Of a stretch of DNA of 64,000 bases, positions 41,977-63,765 are shown in pieces (position 1 is the stretch's first letter; each line of letters opens with the position of its first letter). The notes beneath the pieces were generated by a model, which was not told the DNA's origin, ran no database searches, and saw only the letters and a program-made list of their open reading frames with translations. The position numbers and the translations under genes were made by a program. Source of the stretch: Eledone cirrhosa. Taxonomy: Eukaryota. The stretch is from positions 42,470,001 through 42,534,000 of the forward strand of contig OZ024740.1 in the NCBI GenBank assembly GCA_964016885.1. The letters run 5' to 3'.

Positions 41977-43860
41977 ATAGATGGGTATATCATCTTATAG
42001 AGAATTGTTCTAATGAGTTATGAGGGATATTGGTTTTGTATTTAATGTAAATAAATATGAAGTTAAATTAAATTAAAGTAACTGAGTTAATAAGAATATT
42101 TATATTTATATGTTTTAAAATGGGAAGATACGGAAAAACTCGGGTTTAATTTATTTATTCGTTAGTGTGAGACTATTTAGTAAAATAAGTATAGATGTTG
42201 AAAGATACATTTAGCCAGAATCAGTTAGTGGTTATAAATCTATTGAAAATATTGAAAAAATATTGAGAAAATATTGAAAAATATGAGAACATTTTTTTTA
42301 AAATAATTTATAAGAGATAAGTAATTTTTAAAGAAATAAACATTAAAGAAATAAAATAAAGAATAAAAAATTATTAAAATTAAAATTACAATTAAAATTT
42401 AAAAAAAATTAGAATTATATACGTATATATTTTATGAAACTTTAAGAAGTGAAATTATAGCAAATGTTATAGATATTATGATTTAGAGATATCAATATAT
42501 TAAAAGCAAGTGGATAAGATTGTTATGCAAATAAGTAAAAATATTATAAGTATAATTATAATTTATATATAGTTCTTAAAGGCCTCAAGAATAATATAGA
42601 CAATCTTGAAAAAACTGAGAAAATCCTCATAAAATCTGACAAAACTAACAATCTATACGCAATGCAAAAGGACGAATACAATAACCTTATATTGAAAGAA
42701 CTAAGAAAAAACTACAAAATAACAACTAATGAAGATCTTGAAATGGCAAATAGAGAAGCTTCTGAAATAATTCATAAATTAGGCATCGAAAATAGGACCG
42801 TACGCTATACCTAGAAGACCGAAAATTAACCTGAAATACCTAAAAGAAACTTTGAAATAGAACTACCAGTTAGATTTATAGCACCATCTAAATCAGAATT
42901 AGGCACAGTTAGTAAACATATATTAGATAGCATCATACCGCAACTTAGAGAAATATCTTACCTAAAACTATGGAACGGTAATAACGAGATTATAGATTGG
43001 TTCAATAACATAAAATTTAAACATAACGAAAAATTCATTCAATTGGATATTGCAAACTACTACTCCTATATTACTCCTAGTTTATTTAATAAAGCTCTTA
43101 TCTATGCATCTAAACATACAGACTTATCTAGCGAAGAAATGCATATCATTTTAACTGCACGGAAAACTTTAATTGAATTCAACAATCAACTCTGGACTAG
43201 AGCTGATAGAAAATCTAATTTTGATATCACCATGGGATCATCTGACTCAGCACAAATAACGGATCTTGTGGGGCTATTTATTAATAATACACTGCATAGA
43301 AAACTACCAGAGATGACCGGTGGTTTATATCGTGATGATGTGCTGCTTTTAATTGAAAATCATAGTAATTGTGAAATTAATAGGAAAAAAAACTCCATAA
43401 TACAATTCTTCAATAGCTACAACCGTAAGTCGGAAATAGAGAATAACTATAAAATTGTTAACTTTTTAGACGTAACATTAAACCTTAACACAGGGCTCCA
43501 TTCCATAAAATTAATGAGAATCTAAACTATGTAAGTTTTAACTCTAATCATCCTAGATCTATCAAGAGCACTATTGTCAATTCTGTCCAACAACGTATTT
43601 CACGCATCTCCGCTAATAAAAACATTTTTAACGATAAGGCAGAATATTATAAGGAAGCTTTAAATAGAGCAGGGTATATAAATAAGATTAAATACATCGA
43701 TAACAGTAATAAGGCAAATAACCCTACTAGTAATTATAATTATAATAAAAAAATTAACTTAAACTCTAAACTAACAGAAGAAATAGAACTAGAAATATTA
43801 TTTGGTACTCACCCCCATTCTCATTAAGCGTAACAACACCTTTAGCAAAGCTATTCTTTA
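41458..43860 (+). mobile_element. Penelope-like element: inverted 3' UTR/pLTR (~41458-42570) joined to a decayed RT (~42575-43860)
   Basis: KSDKTNNLY, APSKSELG, DIANYYSYI, FDITMGSSDSAQITDLVG, GLYRDD, VNFLDVTL, RNIIWYSPPF. Confidence 0.85.
41501..41564 (-). ncRNA. Type I minimal hammerhead ribozyme, family A, intact core
   Basis: Reverse complement reads tattttat CTGATGA aagcgtacta atgttgtct tggtaccctt GAAA tatata TA ataaaata. Confidence 0.85.
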
Positions 43861-44766
43861 AAGCACAAATACAAAACCAATATCCCCCATAACTCATATA
43901 TATACATTTATACATACATAGATTCATAAATACAGACCTACAATAAACAATAACTATACGTTTGATATCTATAGTACCAAAGCGCATATACGATTTTCTA
44001 CAACAAAGGCAAACCTATTGGAACTATAGTGTAATCTAGTATTACATTTCTAATTATACATAACAACACATATATTTATGTAATAGTTGATTGCTATGTT
44101 AACACTATCATTCCTTTTATCTGTTGAACATAACTTACTGTATCTATTTGGCGAGAAATGAGTTATTTAGCCTCAGATATTACTGGTACCGGAAATAATA
44201 TTTATCAAATCTGAAATAAACAAAGACACGGGTTGCGGAAAGATTTGAGCACAAGATAAGGAATCCTGAAACTGAATATTATAATAACTCATTTCCGGTT
44301 CTTTTGTTATTACAACTATCTACGCATATCTTTTAATCCCCTTTAAACAAAAGTGTTATCTCATTTGTTCACATACAAAATTGTCTTTCAAGATACGTTT
44401 CCAAGTACTGCTGATTCTGAATACATTTCATAGTAGTTATCAATTTTTCATCTCGTTTGATGTACCTTTTAGTATTCTGTTTAGGAAAGGAAAAGGAAAG
44501 ATCAAATGGTGTCTTCACAAAGCTTGTACATATATCAGAAAACTAAATAAAATGATAAGTACACAAATTAATTCATAGCTGTCTTTAAATACAGAAACTT
44601 ATCTAGAAGGATGTTTGCTTTCCTATTTCTATGGCCGCTTCCGGAGAGGTAGATATAACTATATGTTACGTTAAAATTCGATCCATGTATATACATACGA
44701 TACTGCCAACATACAATATGTTCTTTATTTGAAATATTTCCTCTCTGTCACCAACCCACGCACTCT

Positions 44767-46834
<2,068 letters not shown>

Positions 46835-47112
46835 CATATATATATATTCTCCATTTATTAATATTGTTTTAGGAATCTTATAATGAAACGAGACGTCCGT
46901 CTGGGAAGAGATATATTTGATATATCTCACATGAAATAATACAGCCAATTCTCCACACAATACAATTAGGAATATACTCACTTATTTCCTAATGTTTGTT
47001 GAGTGAGTTGGGATTTGGCCGGAGTATCGCTATTAGCTTCCTCCGATAATGTAATTATATATATATAAAAACAATATTAATAAATGGAGAATATCATTTA
47101 TAATACCATATT

Positions 47113-47172
47113 TATTTTGTTATACGTATTTCAAGGACACAAAGTTTTTGCGTGCTTTCATCAGATAAAATA
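47113..47172 (-). ncRNA. Type I minimal hammerhead, family A relative, bordered by a SINE (47175-47350)
   Basis: Reverse complement reads tattttat CTGATGA aagcacgcaaa aac tttgtgtcctt GAAA t acgt a TA acaaaata. Confidence 0.82.
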
Positions 47173-47425
47173 TTATTGTTTCTACTTCTGGCACAACGCC
47201 AGCAATTATCCCAGTGTACTGGTACTTTATTTTATCGAGCCCGTAAGGATGAAAGGCAAAGTTAACCTCAGCGGGATTTGAACTCAGACCATAAAGGGCC
47301 GTAACTCTTTGCTGCAAAGCATGGCGTCCGACCCTCTACCGATACCGATCCATAAAATATAATATTTGGTGTTAAGATATTGACATACCTTAGCATAGTC
47401 TTAATAGTATAAGCTCGCTAACGGC

Positions 47426-49639
<2,214 letters not shown>

Positions 49640-49641
<2 letters not shown>

Positions 49642-50007
49642 TAGGGTTAACAAGTTATCGTTATAGGTAATGCAGTTAGAGGTTGTGGCTACTCTGTCTT
49701 GTGGATAGTTTTACCATAGGGCTTTGTTTGACTTAACAAGATCTTTCCATAGTTAGGTAGCGAGTTCGCGGAAATTCCTATGCAGGTTATACTTGGAGTA
49801 TTAATAGTGAAAGATTGAAGAATAACATGGTCGGCTGTACTACAAGGGGCTTTATTTCAAGTATTAACAATTGTTTCATTGATCAGGTGAGTCTAGAGGA
49901 AACTTCGAGTGATTAGCGGCCTCTAGACTCACCTGATCAATGAACAATTGTTAATACTTGAAATAAAGCCCCTTGTTGTACAGCCAATCATGTTATTCTT
50001 CAATCTT

Positions 50008-50014
<7 letters not shown>
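49640..50014 (-). mobile_element. Family F fold-back insert (arms 49804-49899 and 49920-50014)
   Basis: Reverse-complement arms; GAAA c aatt g TT half-HHR just outside the axis; (TA)n flanks. Confidence 0.9.
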
Positions 50015-50079
<65 letters not shown>

Positions 50080-50084
<5 letters not shown>

Positions 50085-50515
50085 CAAAATAATAACGAAT
50101 GAAGATATTCACATAACCAAAATATATGCTTTATTATATATATTTCGAAGGTACTGTGTTGTTTTTTCAGTGCGTCCTCGTCAGATAAAATATATGATTT
50201 GATATATGACATACCTCTACGGCCTTGATAGTTCAACTCCTGTATTGCCAATACAGGAATTGAACTATCAAGGCCGTAGAGGTATGTCATATATCAAATC
50301 ATATATTTTATCTGACGAGGACGTACTGAGAAAACAACACAGTACCTTCGAAATATATATAATAAACCATATATTTTGATTATGTGAATATCTTCATTTG
50401 TTAATATTTTGAATAATATAAAAAAACTCCAGTAAAATATTTAACTGTTGAGTGCTTTTAATTTATTGTAAAATTTGAATTCATTGAGTAATCAATGAAC
50501 CATATTAATCTTTGG

Positions 50516-50520
<5 letters not shown>
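50080..50520 (+). mobile_element. Fold-back insert with axis at 50248 and a complete hammerhead in each arm (50130-50189 minus, 50307-50366 plus)
   Basis: About 168-bp arms. tttat CTGACGA ggacgtactg agaaaacaaca cagtaccttc GAAA tatata TA ataaa. Confidence 0.9.
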
Positions 50521-50550
<30 letters not shown>

Positions 50551-50664
50551 CAAAGGGATATTTAATTTGTTGGTAATTCAGCAAATATCTTTATAGCATA
50601 TTCGAAACACTCGATAGGTTTTCTGGAGTATAATATCAATGATATTATAAATGTAAACTAATAA

Positions 50665-50725
50665 TATTCTATTATATATATTTCAAGGGTACCAAAACTT
50701 TGGTACGCACTCATCAGATAAAATA
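50665..50725 (-). ncRNA. Type I minimal hammerhead, family A, intact core
   Basis: Reverse complement reads tattttat CTGATGA gtgcgtaccaaa gt tttggtaccctt GAAA tatata TA atagaata. Confidence 0.82.
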
Positions 50726-51129
50726 CTAAGTTTGTTATATAAATAGTGACATACCCAGGAATGAGACCTGAACGGTTCAAGTTCAGTCTGGATAGTGAAA
50801 AGAAATCGGGAAACAGGGAAAAGGGGAAGAAAGGAAAAAACAAATATTTCAAATTATTTCGATGAATATGCAAATGGAGTTGAAGCCGTCGGGGTCCTGA
50901 CTCTTTTCCTATATATATATGTATAATATAAGGAACTGTTTCTTTGTTGTTATTCATTATTTTTATTAATTTATCTTGACTCTGTTTTCCTGTGTTTTTC
51001 ATCGAAAAAATTTTGAATACATCTTCTCTTTTCATGATATTTGGATTACATTGAGTTCTTCATACGTATTGGACACTACCGTATATTTTGATAGATTTAT
51101 CTACATATATATATATATATATTTATATA

Positions 51130-55418
<4,289 letters not shown>

Positions 55419-55433
55419 GACTCACACACACAT

Positions 55434-55504
<71 letters not shown>

Positions 55505-55506
<2 letters not shown>

Positions 55507-56402
55507 TAGAATACTGGAAGGTAATATCCGTATGGTAGAGCACTCAGTCCATGGGACGAGTTTGGTAGAAGTAGTAACACAAAGGTTAGTTCACCATACC
55601 GAATACAATTGTTTCACTTTACCGGATCTTCAGCTTGTACTGGTCATGGTTATACGGAACAGGAAGAACAACCGTATGAACGCGCATGCGCAGAAACGAT
55701 ACAAAGCGATACAAAGTCACAAGCGAAAGGTGCAAGGGCGATAACTACGAAAGTCCGGAAAGGTATTCGAGTTGATTAAAAAATTAGAATGTTGCTGTTA
55801 TTCAATCCGGAGCTTTGTAGTTTTTCAAGAGGTGTTTCCAGACATGTGGGAAACGCGAGAAGATTTCATAACTTGAATTCATGCAATCACTATTGCGTAA
55901 TCGCGTTAGAATATTTATCCTTTCTTCAATACACAGTCCACAAGACGGATTGCGTCTTGCGTATGGCTAGGACTTAGTGATGGCTTTCAATTCAACGGAG
56001 TAGTCTATACCTGAGTCCTTGCGGGACCATACATGGCTCGCGGATTACGTTGATGATCGTTTGTCCGGGTACCTAAAGGCCGACTGATGGTTCAGGAAGC
56101 GTTCCTTAAATAGGCTTTCTGCCATACCCACATAGGATTTGACCTCCTGTGGTTGATTTGGTCGGATGGAAGTGACTACAGCTTAATAAACTACAGCAGG
56201 TGTGTTGCATTACTGTTGAAGGAGACAGGCTTCAGACTTTCAGCAAGAGCATCCTGGTGGGGTTTCAACCAACACACCTGCTGTAGTTTATGAAGCTGTG
56301 GGCACTTCCAGCAGACGAAATCACCCACAGGAGGTCAAATCCTATGTTGGTATGGCAGAGGGCCGATTTAAGGAACGCTTCCTGAACTATCAGTCGACCT
56401 TT
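55505..56402 (-). mobile_element. Truncated PLE (GIY-YIG remnant plus 3' UTR) with a fold-back of coding sequence (arms ~56075-56207 and 56270-56402); decayed HHR at ~55597-55640
   Basis: PAVVY..EVKSYVGMAE..FKERFLNHQSAF..CGLCIEE. Reverse complement of the UTR reads CTGAAGA tccggtaaagt GAAA c aatt g TA. Confidence 0.82.
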
Positions 56403-56544
56403 GCAAGAGTCGAAAATATGCGAGTCGTGACTAAAGTACTATTCTATAGTACTATCAGAGCTTGCTTTCTTACAAGATATCAAATTTTCTAATATAATAA
56501 TTTAATGCCATCCTTCAACAGCTTTGTCTATATAGTTATGTAAG

Positions 56545-56860
56545 CGTTCAAATCCGGCCAAGGTTAACTTTGCCTTTCATCCTTAAGGGGTCGATAAAAT
56601 AAAGTATCAGTAATACACTGGGATAATTGCTGGCCTTATGCCAAGAGTAGAAACAATTATTTTTAGGTCATTGGATTGGCAGTATCGGTAGAGCGTCAGA
56701 CACCATGCTTTGCAGCATAGAGCTATAGCCCTTTACGTTCTGAGTTCAAATCCCATCAATGTTAACTTTGCCTTTCATCCTTAGGGGGTCGATAAAATAA
56801 AGTACCAGTAATGCACTGGGGTGATTGCTGGCCTTGTGCCCAAAGTAGAAACAATTATTT
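56545..56860 (+). mobile_element. Two tandem SINE copies
   Basis: Family match; tggcagtatcgg A box and gagttcaaatcc B box. Confidence 0.88.
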
Positions 56861-58129
56861 TTAGGTAGAAAAAAAATGAATACAAAGGTAATAAAAAGAA
56901 GAAACAATTATTTTTATGGACGATTTTTAGTTAAAGCCTTTTCTCCGATCACAACAGTTAATATAGAATAAGTCACATTATCTAAGAGATAACAAATACC
57001 TTGGGATTCATCAGTATTAGTATAGAAACTGATATTGACCTTCAATATGTTGATAGACTTTATATATACTATATGAAATATGTTTGTTTCCCGACTCTGG
57101 TATATTCAAATTTTTTCTTTTTCATAGATTTCAAAAATTTACTCCTTTAATTTTTTTTAAACATTCACAAATCTGGTTTTTTTTTCAAATAATCCCACAA
57201 CAAAGCCTAAACAGATGAACAAAAAAGTAACTCGGCTGTTTCTGACTTGCTTTAATATGCATAATCGACCGTTATTTCGTTAAACCGAAAATGGGGTGAA
57301 AGAATTAAATTAGAGATTGTTATCTAATTATAGAAATTTGATATCATGATTGCTTCCTCTAATATGTGTGCTTTTCATTCTTCCGAGATCTCACAGGTTC
57401 TGTGTCTGTAATCTGATCAGTGACTGAAATTAAATCTCATGCTGAAACGTAATTTTATGACCATCATGTGATCCATTCTAGCTTTCTCTCTACTGCTGTA
57501 ATATAACAATTCTATACAGGTTTTTCACTGTTAGGATTTAAAACTTAGACTCCAATACATATTAATAAACCTGTACCTTATCTAAATCTATTTGTAAAAA
57601 AAAACATGTGCGTTGTCAAATAACCAACAAAGACATTAATCATTAGATTAACAAACGGATGAATTACATGTTTCTAATGTATTGTTTTAAATCTGCATCC
57701 AATTTTGTTGTTCTTACTCGGAGAAGTCGAATATATTCTCACAAATGGCTTCAGGGAAACACAGGTTAAACACGAGCCTCGACTGCTTCAGTCGCTGTCC
57801 TCATGATGCAAATTTATAGAAAATGCTCGAGACCGGAATAACTGAATTTATCTTCTTCGACTTTACAACTTAAAACCCCTTGCTCTCTGTGAAACACAAG
57901 TTGCCTACCATGAGTTTTCTATAGTTACTTCCCCCTTTCACTTATATTATTTAAGGTATTTGATTATTTGTAGATAAGCACTCCTATACCTTCAAAACTC
58001 TCCACGGTGGGAAGCAATTTTTAATATTATGACAGACTTAATGAGTTGCAGTAAACAACCCAACGAAACGTATGTACCTGCACATGCCATTGTTGGAACT
58101 AATTATATATATATAAACATATATATATG

Positions 58130-58323
58130 AGTTCCGGGTTCAATCGAGGGTAAGCACAGTAAGTATTCAATACATCAGTAGAGTGTAATCATCATGTTTA
58201 ATATAGAAATGACCTCTACAGGACTAGAACTGTTTCATTCAAAAGAATTCACCAGGAAAGCCCCGACGCTTTCTTTTGAATGAAACAGTTCTAGTCCTGT
58301 AGAAGCCATTTCTATATTAAACA

Positions 58324-58327
<4 letters not shown>
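58130..58327 (-). mobile_element. Family H fold-back insert (arms 58191-58247 and 58271-58327)
   Basis: Reverse-complement arms; GAAA cagttctag TC just outside the axis; TA flanks. Confidence 0.85.
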
Positions 58328-58399
<72 letters not shown>

Positions 58400-58401
<2 letters not shown>

Positions 58402-58590
58402 CGAAGGAAATGTGGTAAGGAACCAGGTGGACCATAACGCACCGAAGTACTCAGTACTTAGGGTAGTAGAGTGGGTAATAGGAACAAGTAAGACCCCGAC
58501 GGCTGAGCTCAAGCCGTTTCGACGGCTAATTCTGTACTGAATTAGCCGTCGAAACGGCTTGAGCTCAGCCGTCGGGGTCTTACTTGTTCC
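58400..58590 (-). mobile_element. Family E fold-back insert
   Basis: Hairpin at 58481-58590; (TA)n on both sides. Confidence 0.92.
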
Positions 58591-58655
<65 letters not shown>

Positions 58656-58795
58656 TCCTTACAATTTGAATACATGTATGTTTATATTTGTGTTTACCGC
58701 TCTTGTATATTCAATTATATTACACGGCACAGAAAACCTTTCTTTGAGCTATTTAATTGTAAGAGACTATTTTGAGTTTCTAACTCAATATATAC

Positions 58796-58881
<86 letters not shown>

Positions 58882-59815
58882 TAGATATGCCTTCTTCATT
58901 TTAATATAGAAAGAATATAGTTATTCCCTACTAACTTATTGAGTACCATATTTAACTGTGGCATTTCCCAACCATACTTAATTACACACACACACTCACA
59001 GACACACACACACAGAGGGACACACACAGACACACACACAGATACACACACACTGACACGCACATACACACTGCCACGTACACATACACTCACATATATC
59101 TATTTATATATATATATTCCCAAAACGCACCCATTGTTAATGTAATTATAACAATCACCATTGGTTAAATAATGCCAGTTTGCTTTTCACAAGATGACCC
59201 TTTGTAGAGAGTCAACACAATGTGTTAATTAAATGAAATACACCCCAAAGTAACGTTTGAATTGTAATCGATGTGATTTATTACTTTTAAAGTAAGGGCA
59301 AGCTTTCATTCAAAAGGTTACATGTAAACCTGTAGTAATTCACATGTCTTACAAAAGTGTAGTTTATCCTCGCGAGCATTTGAAAGTATCCTTTACACAG
59401 GAAATTAAAATCATAATTTGCTATCTACCATCTGTCTATTATAAACACATTCGTGCACATACAGGTGATTGATAAATATTCGCTGTCTACTTTCTCCATA
59501 TATATATATATATATATATATAAATATTTACATATACGGCGGGTGGCCGCGAAGAGGCTGCTATTATTTATTTATTTACAGTTTCTTCATAGGTGCCTTT
59601 TAATCTTATAGCCTGGTCTAATTGATTTTTTTTTGTGTGGTTAATTATGCTAATTGGGAGAGGAAATGATGTATATATATTATCAAATGATTCTATGGAC
59701 ATACTTTACTTTATATATATATATATGTGTGTGTGTTTGTGTGTGTGTGTTAGGTAATTCAAAAGGAAAGGCAAAGGAAAAAAGAGTGCTCTATGCATAG
59801 CACAGAGCTATTTAC

Positions 59816-59961
59816 TTAGAAAGTGAACAACACATAATATAACTACTCCATTACTATCTATAACATCTCTATCTGACGAACGATACAGACGTATATTCTC
59901 ATCTGTGATCCAGAAACCTTTGATAATGGAGTAGTTATATTTTGTGCTGTTCACTTTCTAA
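59816..59961. repeat. Fold-back (arms 59816-59853 and 59924-59961) with an HHR-like core in the spacer
   Basis: CTGACGA at 59873, gatacaga/tctgtgatc stem, GAAA at 59913. Confidence 0.7.
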
Positions 59962-60098
59962 TTTTATATATATATATGAAAAAAGTCAGGACCTTTTTCT
60001 TTTCCTATTACCCACTCATCAATCCATAGTATCGAGTACTCTGGTGCGTTATGGTCCACCTGGTTCCTTACCACACTTCCTTCGTTATATATTTATAT

Positions 60099-60137
<39 letters not shown>

Positions 60138-60409
60138 TTCATCACCATCATCATTTTACGTCCGCTTGTTCCTTCTTGTAAGGGTTGGACGGGTCCTATT
60201 CATCACAGCTGAAGTATGTGTATATATATATATATTATTTAATACAATAACAGAGAAAGCTTTAAGCTAAACTCTGACTGGCAACCATCTCACTCAACAA
60301 ACATTAGCATATACGTTAGTATAATCCCAATTTTGTGTTTGGGGTGCTAACTATATGTATTTTGTGGAAAGCCAGTTGTATTATTTTATATACGTATATA
60401 TATATATAC

Positions 60410-60560
<151 letters not shown>

Positions 60561-60603
60561 TATAAATATATACGTATATATATATATATATATATATATA
60601 CGT

Positions 60604-60643
<40 letters not shown>

Positions 60644-60645
<2 letters not shown>

Positions 60646-60840
60646 CGAAGGAAATGTGGTAAGGAACCAGGTGGACCATAACGCACCAAAGTACTCAATA
60701 CTTAGGGTAGTAGAGTGGGTAATAGGAACGAGTAGGACCCCGACGGCTGAGCTCAAGCCGTTTCGACGGCTAATTCTGGAAGCGTCCAGAATTAGCCGTC
60801 GAAACGGCTTGAGCTCAGCCGTCGGGGTCCTACTCGTTCC
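60644..60840 (-). mobile_element. Family E fold-back insert
   Basis: Perfect hairpin at 60725-60840 with a 4-nt agcg loop. Confidence 0.93.
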
Positions 60841-60876
<36 letters not shown>

Positions 60877-60948
60877 ACGAAGGAAGTCTGGTATGGCAAG
60901 GGACCAGGTGGACCATATATATATATATACATATATATAAATATATAC

Positions 60949-61085
<137 letters not shown>

Positions 61086-62227
61086 TATACGTATATATAT
61101 ATATATACGTATATATATACATATATACATATATATATATAAATACATATATATATATATACAAATATATATATATATATATAAAGAAAAACCTTTAAAT
61201 ATTATAAACCTAATTAATATACACTTTAGAAATTAATATATAAACTATTTCTAATTTAGTTAACCTATAATTAATATTCTACTACTGATGAACTACATAA
61301 TTTTCCTTTCCTTCTTACAACTATCATTTCCTAAAACTGATACCATTAAGTAAACATATATAATGCTTTAACTTCAGGTTATGACTCTATGTTCCTTGAA
61401 AACTATATATATTTATTATTTCTCACTAAAAAATGTAATCCCCCCCCCCCCAATAATTATATGTATATGTAAGTGTGTATGTGTGTGTATGTATATATGC
61501 ATGTATATATATATATATATGTATATATATATGTGTATATATATATGTGTGTATGTATGTGTGTGTATGTGTATATATATGTATATATATATATTATTTT
61601 ATATTCTTTTAATTTCCCCTCATCTTTAACAGCACTTTTCAACTACATCTAACTCTTATTTATCATATCTATATGTATTAGTATAATTTTATTAATATAA
61701 ATATACCCATCAATTAAATTAATTTATATTCTTTTCATAGATGTATTTTTTCACTAAAATTCTTATCGTAAAACTTTAGTCACCTTAGATATTTGTATTG
61801 GCATTACTATTTTATAACAGCAACTGCTTGTATACCTTTTACTGACCACCTGACCTATTTTCACCCCTAAAATAAGCTTCAAATACTACTATTTTACCAT
61901 TTGACCAATTACTAACTTTCTATTGGTTAATTCTAAACCTCTTACCAAACAGACAGAATATATTAGATCTTTGTTGGTTTTATTCATTGAACAAATAACA
62001 TTATTTCTGAGGTCAGCATAAGACCTATTTCTTCCCTGAAATAATCCTTCATTCATAATATTCTTTTCCATCCAAAACTGAAATCTACCTTCCTCTACCC
62101 ATAATTTAAGGTTCTTCTACTACTATATTACTATCTTGACCCTCACTATCTCTCTATTGGTCAATTCAAAACCTGTTGCCAAACAGACCTATTGTATTGA
62201 ATCTTTGTTTTTTTCAATAAACAAATA

Positions 62228-62368
62228 TCATTATTTCTGAAGACAGCATATATATGTGTAGGTATGTATATTCCCTCTGAGGTTTGTATAAATATTGTAC
62301 ATAGATCTATAGAATATGCATACCAACTCTAACACATATATATCTTAGTAACGATCGTAAAATGATGA
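62228..62368 (+). ncRNA. Hammerhead-like motif with ~100-nt stem II region, GAAA decayed to GTAA
   Basis: tcattattt CTGAAGA cagc atatatatgtg..gtatgtatattc...gaatatgcatac..cacatatatat ctta GTAA c gatc g TA aaatgatga. Confidence 0.6.
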
Positions 62369-62417
62369 ATTTTTTTAATATAAGGAACTGTTTCTTTGTT
62401 TATTCATTATTTTATTA

Positions 62418-62486
<69 letters not shown>

Positions 62487-62488
<2 letters not shown>

Positions 62489-62678
62489 AACCAGTAAGAC
62501 CCCGACAGCTGAGCTCAAGCCGTTTCGACGGCTAATTCTGGAGTCCAGAATTAGCCGTCGAAACGGCTTTAGCTCAGCTGTCGGGGTCTTACTGGTTCCT
62601 ATTACCCACTCTACTACCTCAAGTATTGAGTACTTTGGTGCGTTATGGTCCACCTGGTTCCTTACCACATTTCCTTCG

Positions 62679-62680
<2 letters not shown>
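62487..62680 (+). mobile_element. Family E fold-back insert
   Basis: Hairpin at 62487-62599 plus tail. Confidence 0.92.
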
Positions 62681-62732
<52 letters not shown>

Positions 62733-62737
<5 letters not shown>

Positions 62738-62824
62738 TCACACTCGTTCAGCGCGTCGGTAGGAGTTCTCCTACATGGATATAAAGTAGTGGCCGTACTC
62801 GAAAACGAGTTGGCAGCCATCATA

Positions 62825-62902
<78 letters not shown>

Positions 62903-62995
62903 TATGATGGCTGCCAACTCGTTTTCGAGTACGGCCACTACTTTATATCCATGTAGGAGAACTCCTACCGACGCGCTGAACGAGTGTGACTTTTT
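62733..62995. repeat. Inverted repeat (arms 62733-62830 and 62897-62995) whose spacer is pure (TA)n
   Basis: aaaagtcacactcg...cagccatcatatattta, then (TA)n, then taaatatatgatggctg...cgagtgtgactttt. Confidence 0.93.
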
Positions 62996-63313
62996 AGTCC
63001 AGCCAGCGACTTGAATACTCTGGTACAAACACTACACTTGTGACAATTATTGACACATAGTGCTGGGCCCATGGTACCATGTGACGACAAGTGCAGAGAG
63101 ATCTCCAGATATAAAGCAATGCCCGTGCCGTGAAGCTTTTATAGTGACCAAAGGCACTGCACAAAGCCAGTCCCACTCTCTTAACCAAGATGATATTTAC
63201 CAAAAAGAAAAACATGTCAACATCATTGGATACCATCAGAGTTGCAGGTGTTATATCAGAGTTTTCCTTCTCCTAGAATTCTGCCTTGACAAAGGTTAAG
63301 GGGTCATCTCTCC

Positions 63314-63357
<44 letters not shown>

Positions 63358-63361
<4 letters not shown>

Positions 63362-63765
63362 CGACGCCCTGTTTACCGTTAGGAACCATAGCCCCCGTAG
63401 GGTAGAGAACCTTAAAAAACATATACACAGGTTCTTCAAGTCATACGGCCTATCCGTAACTATGGACCTCAATCACAAGGTTGTCAACTTCCTGGACGTG
63501 ACTCTGGAGTTGAGTACTGGCTTATACAAGCCGTACCATAAGCCTGGAGAGTGCCTCTCTTATATTAATTATGCCTCTCACCACTCTAAGCAGACTCTCA
63601 ACTCCATAGTCTATAGTATCTCACATAGAATCTCGAGACTATCCGCCAATGAGGCTATCTTCAACCAAGCGGCAGATTACTACAATAGGGCCTTGATAAG
63701 CGCCGGCTTTAACCGAGAAAATTCCTACATCCCTAACGATAGCTCTAGTAAGCCATACCTATAAC
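63358..63765 (+). pseudogene. Penelope-like RT C-terminal fragment starting directly after (TA)n
   Basis: VVNFLDVTLELSTGLYKPYHKP..YINYASHH..RISRLSANEAIFNQAADYYNRAL; paralogous to ~43450-43700. Confidence 0.85.
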
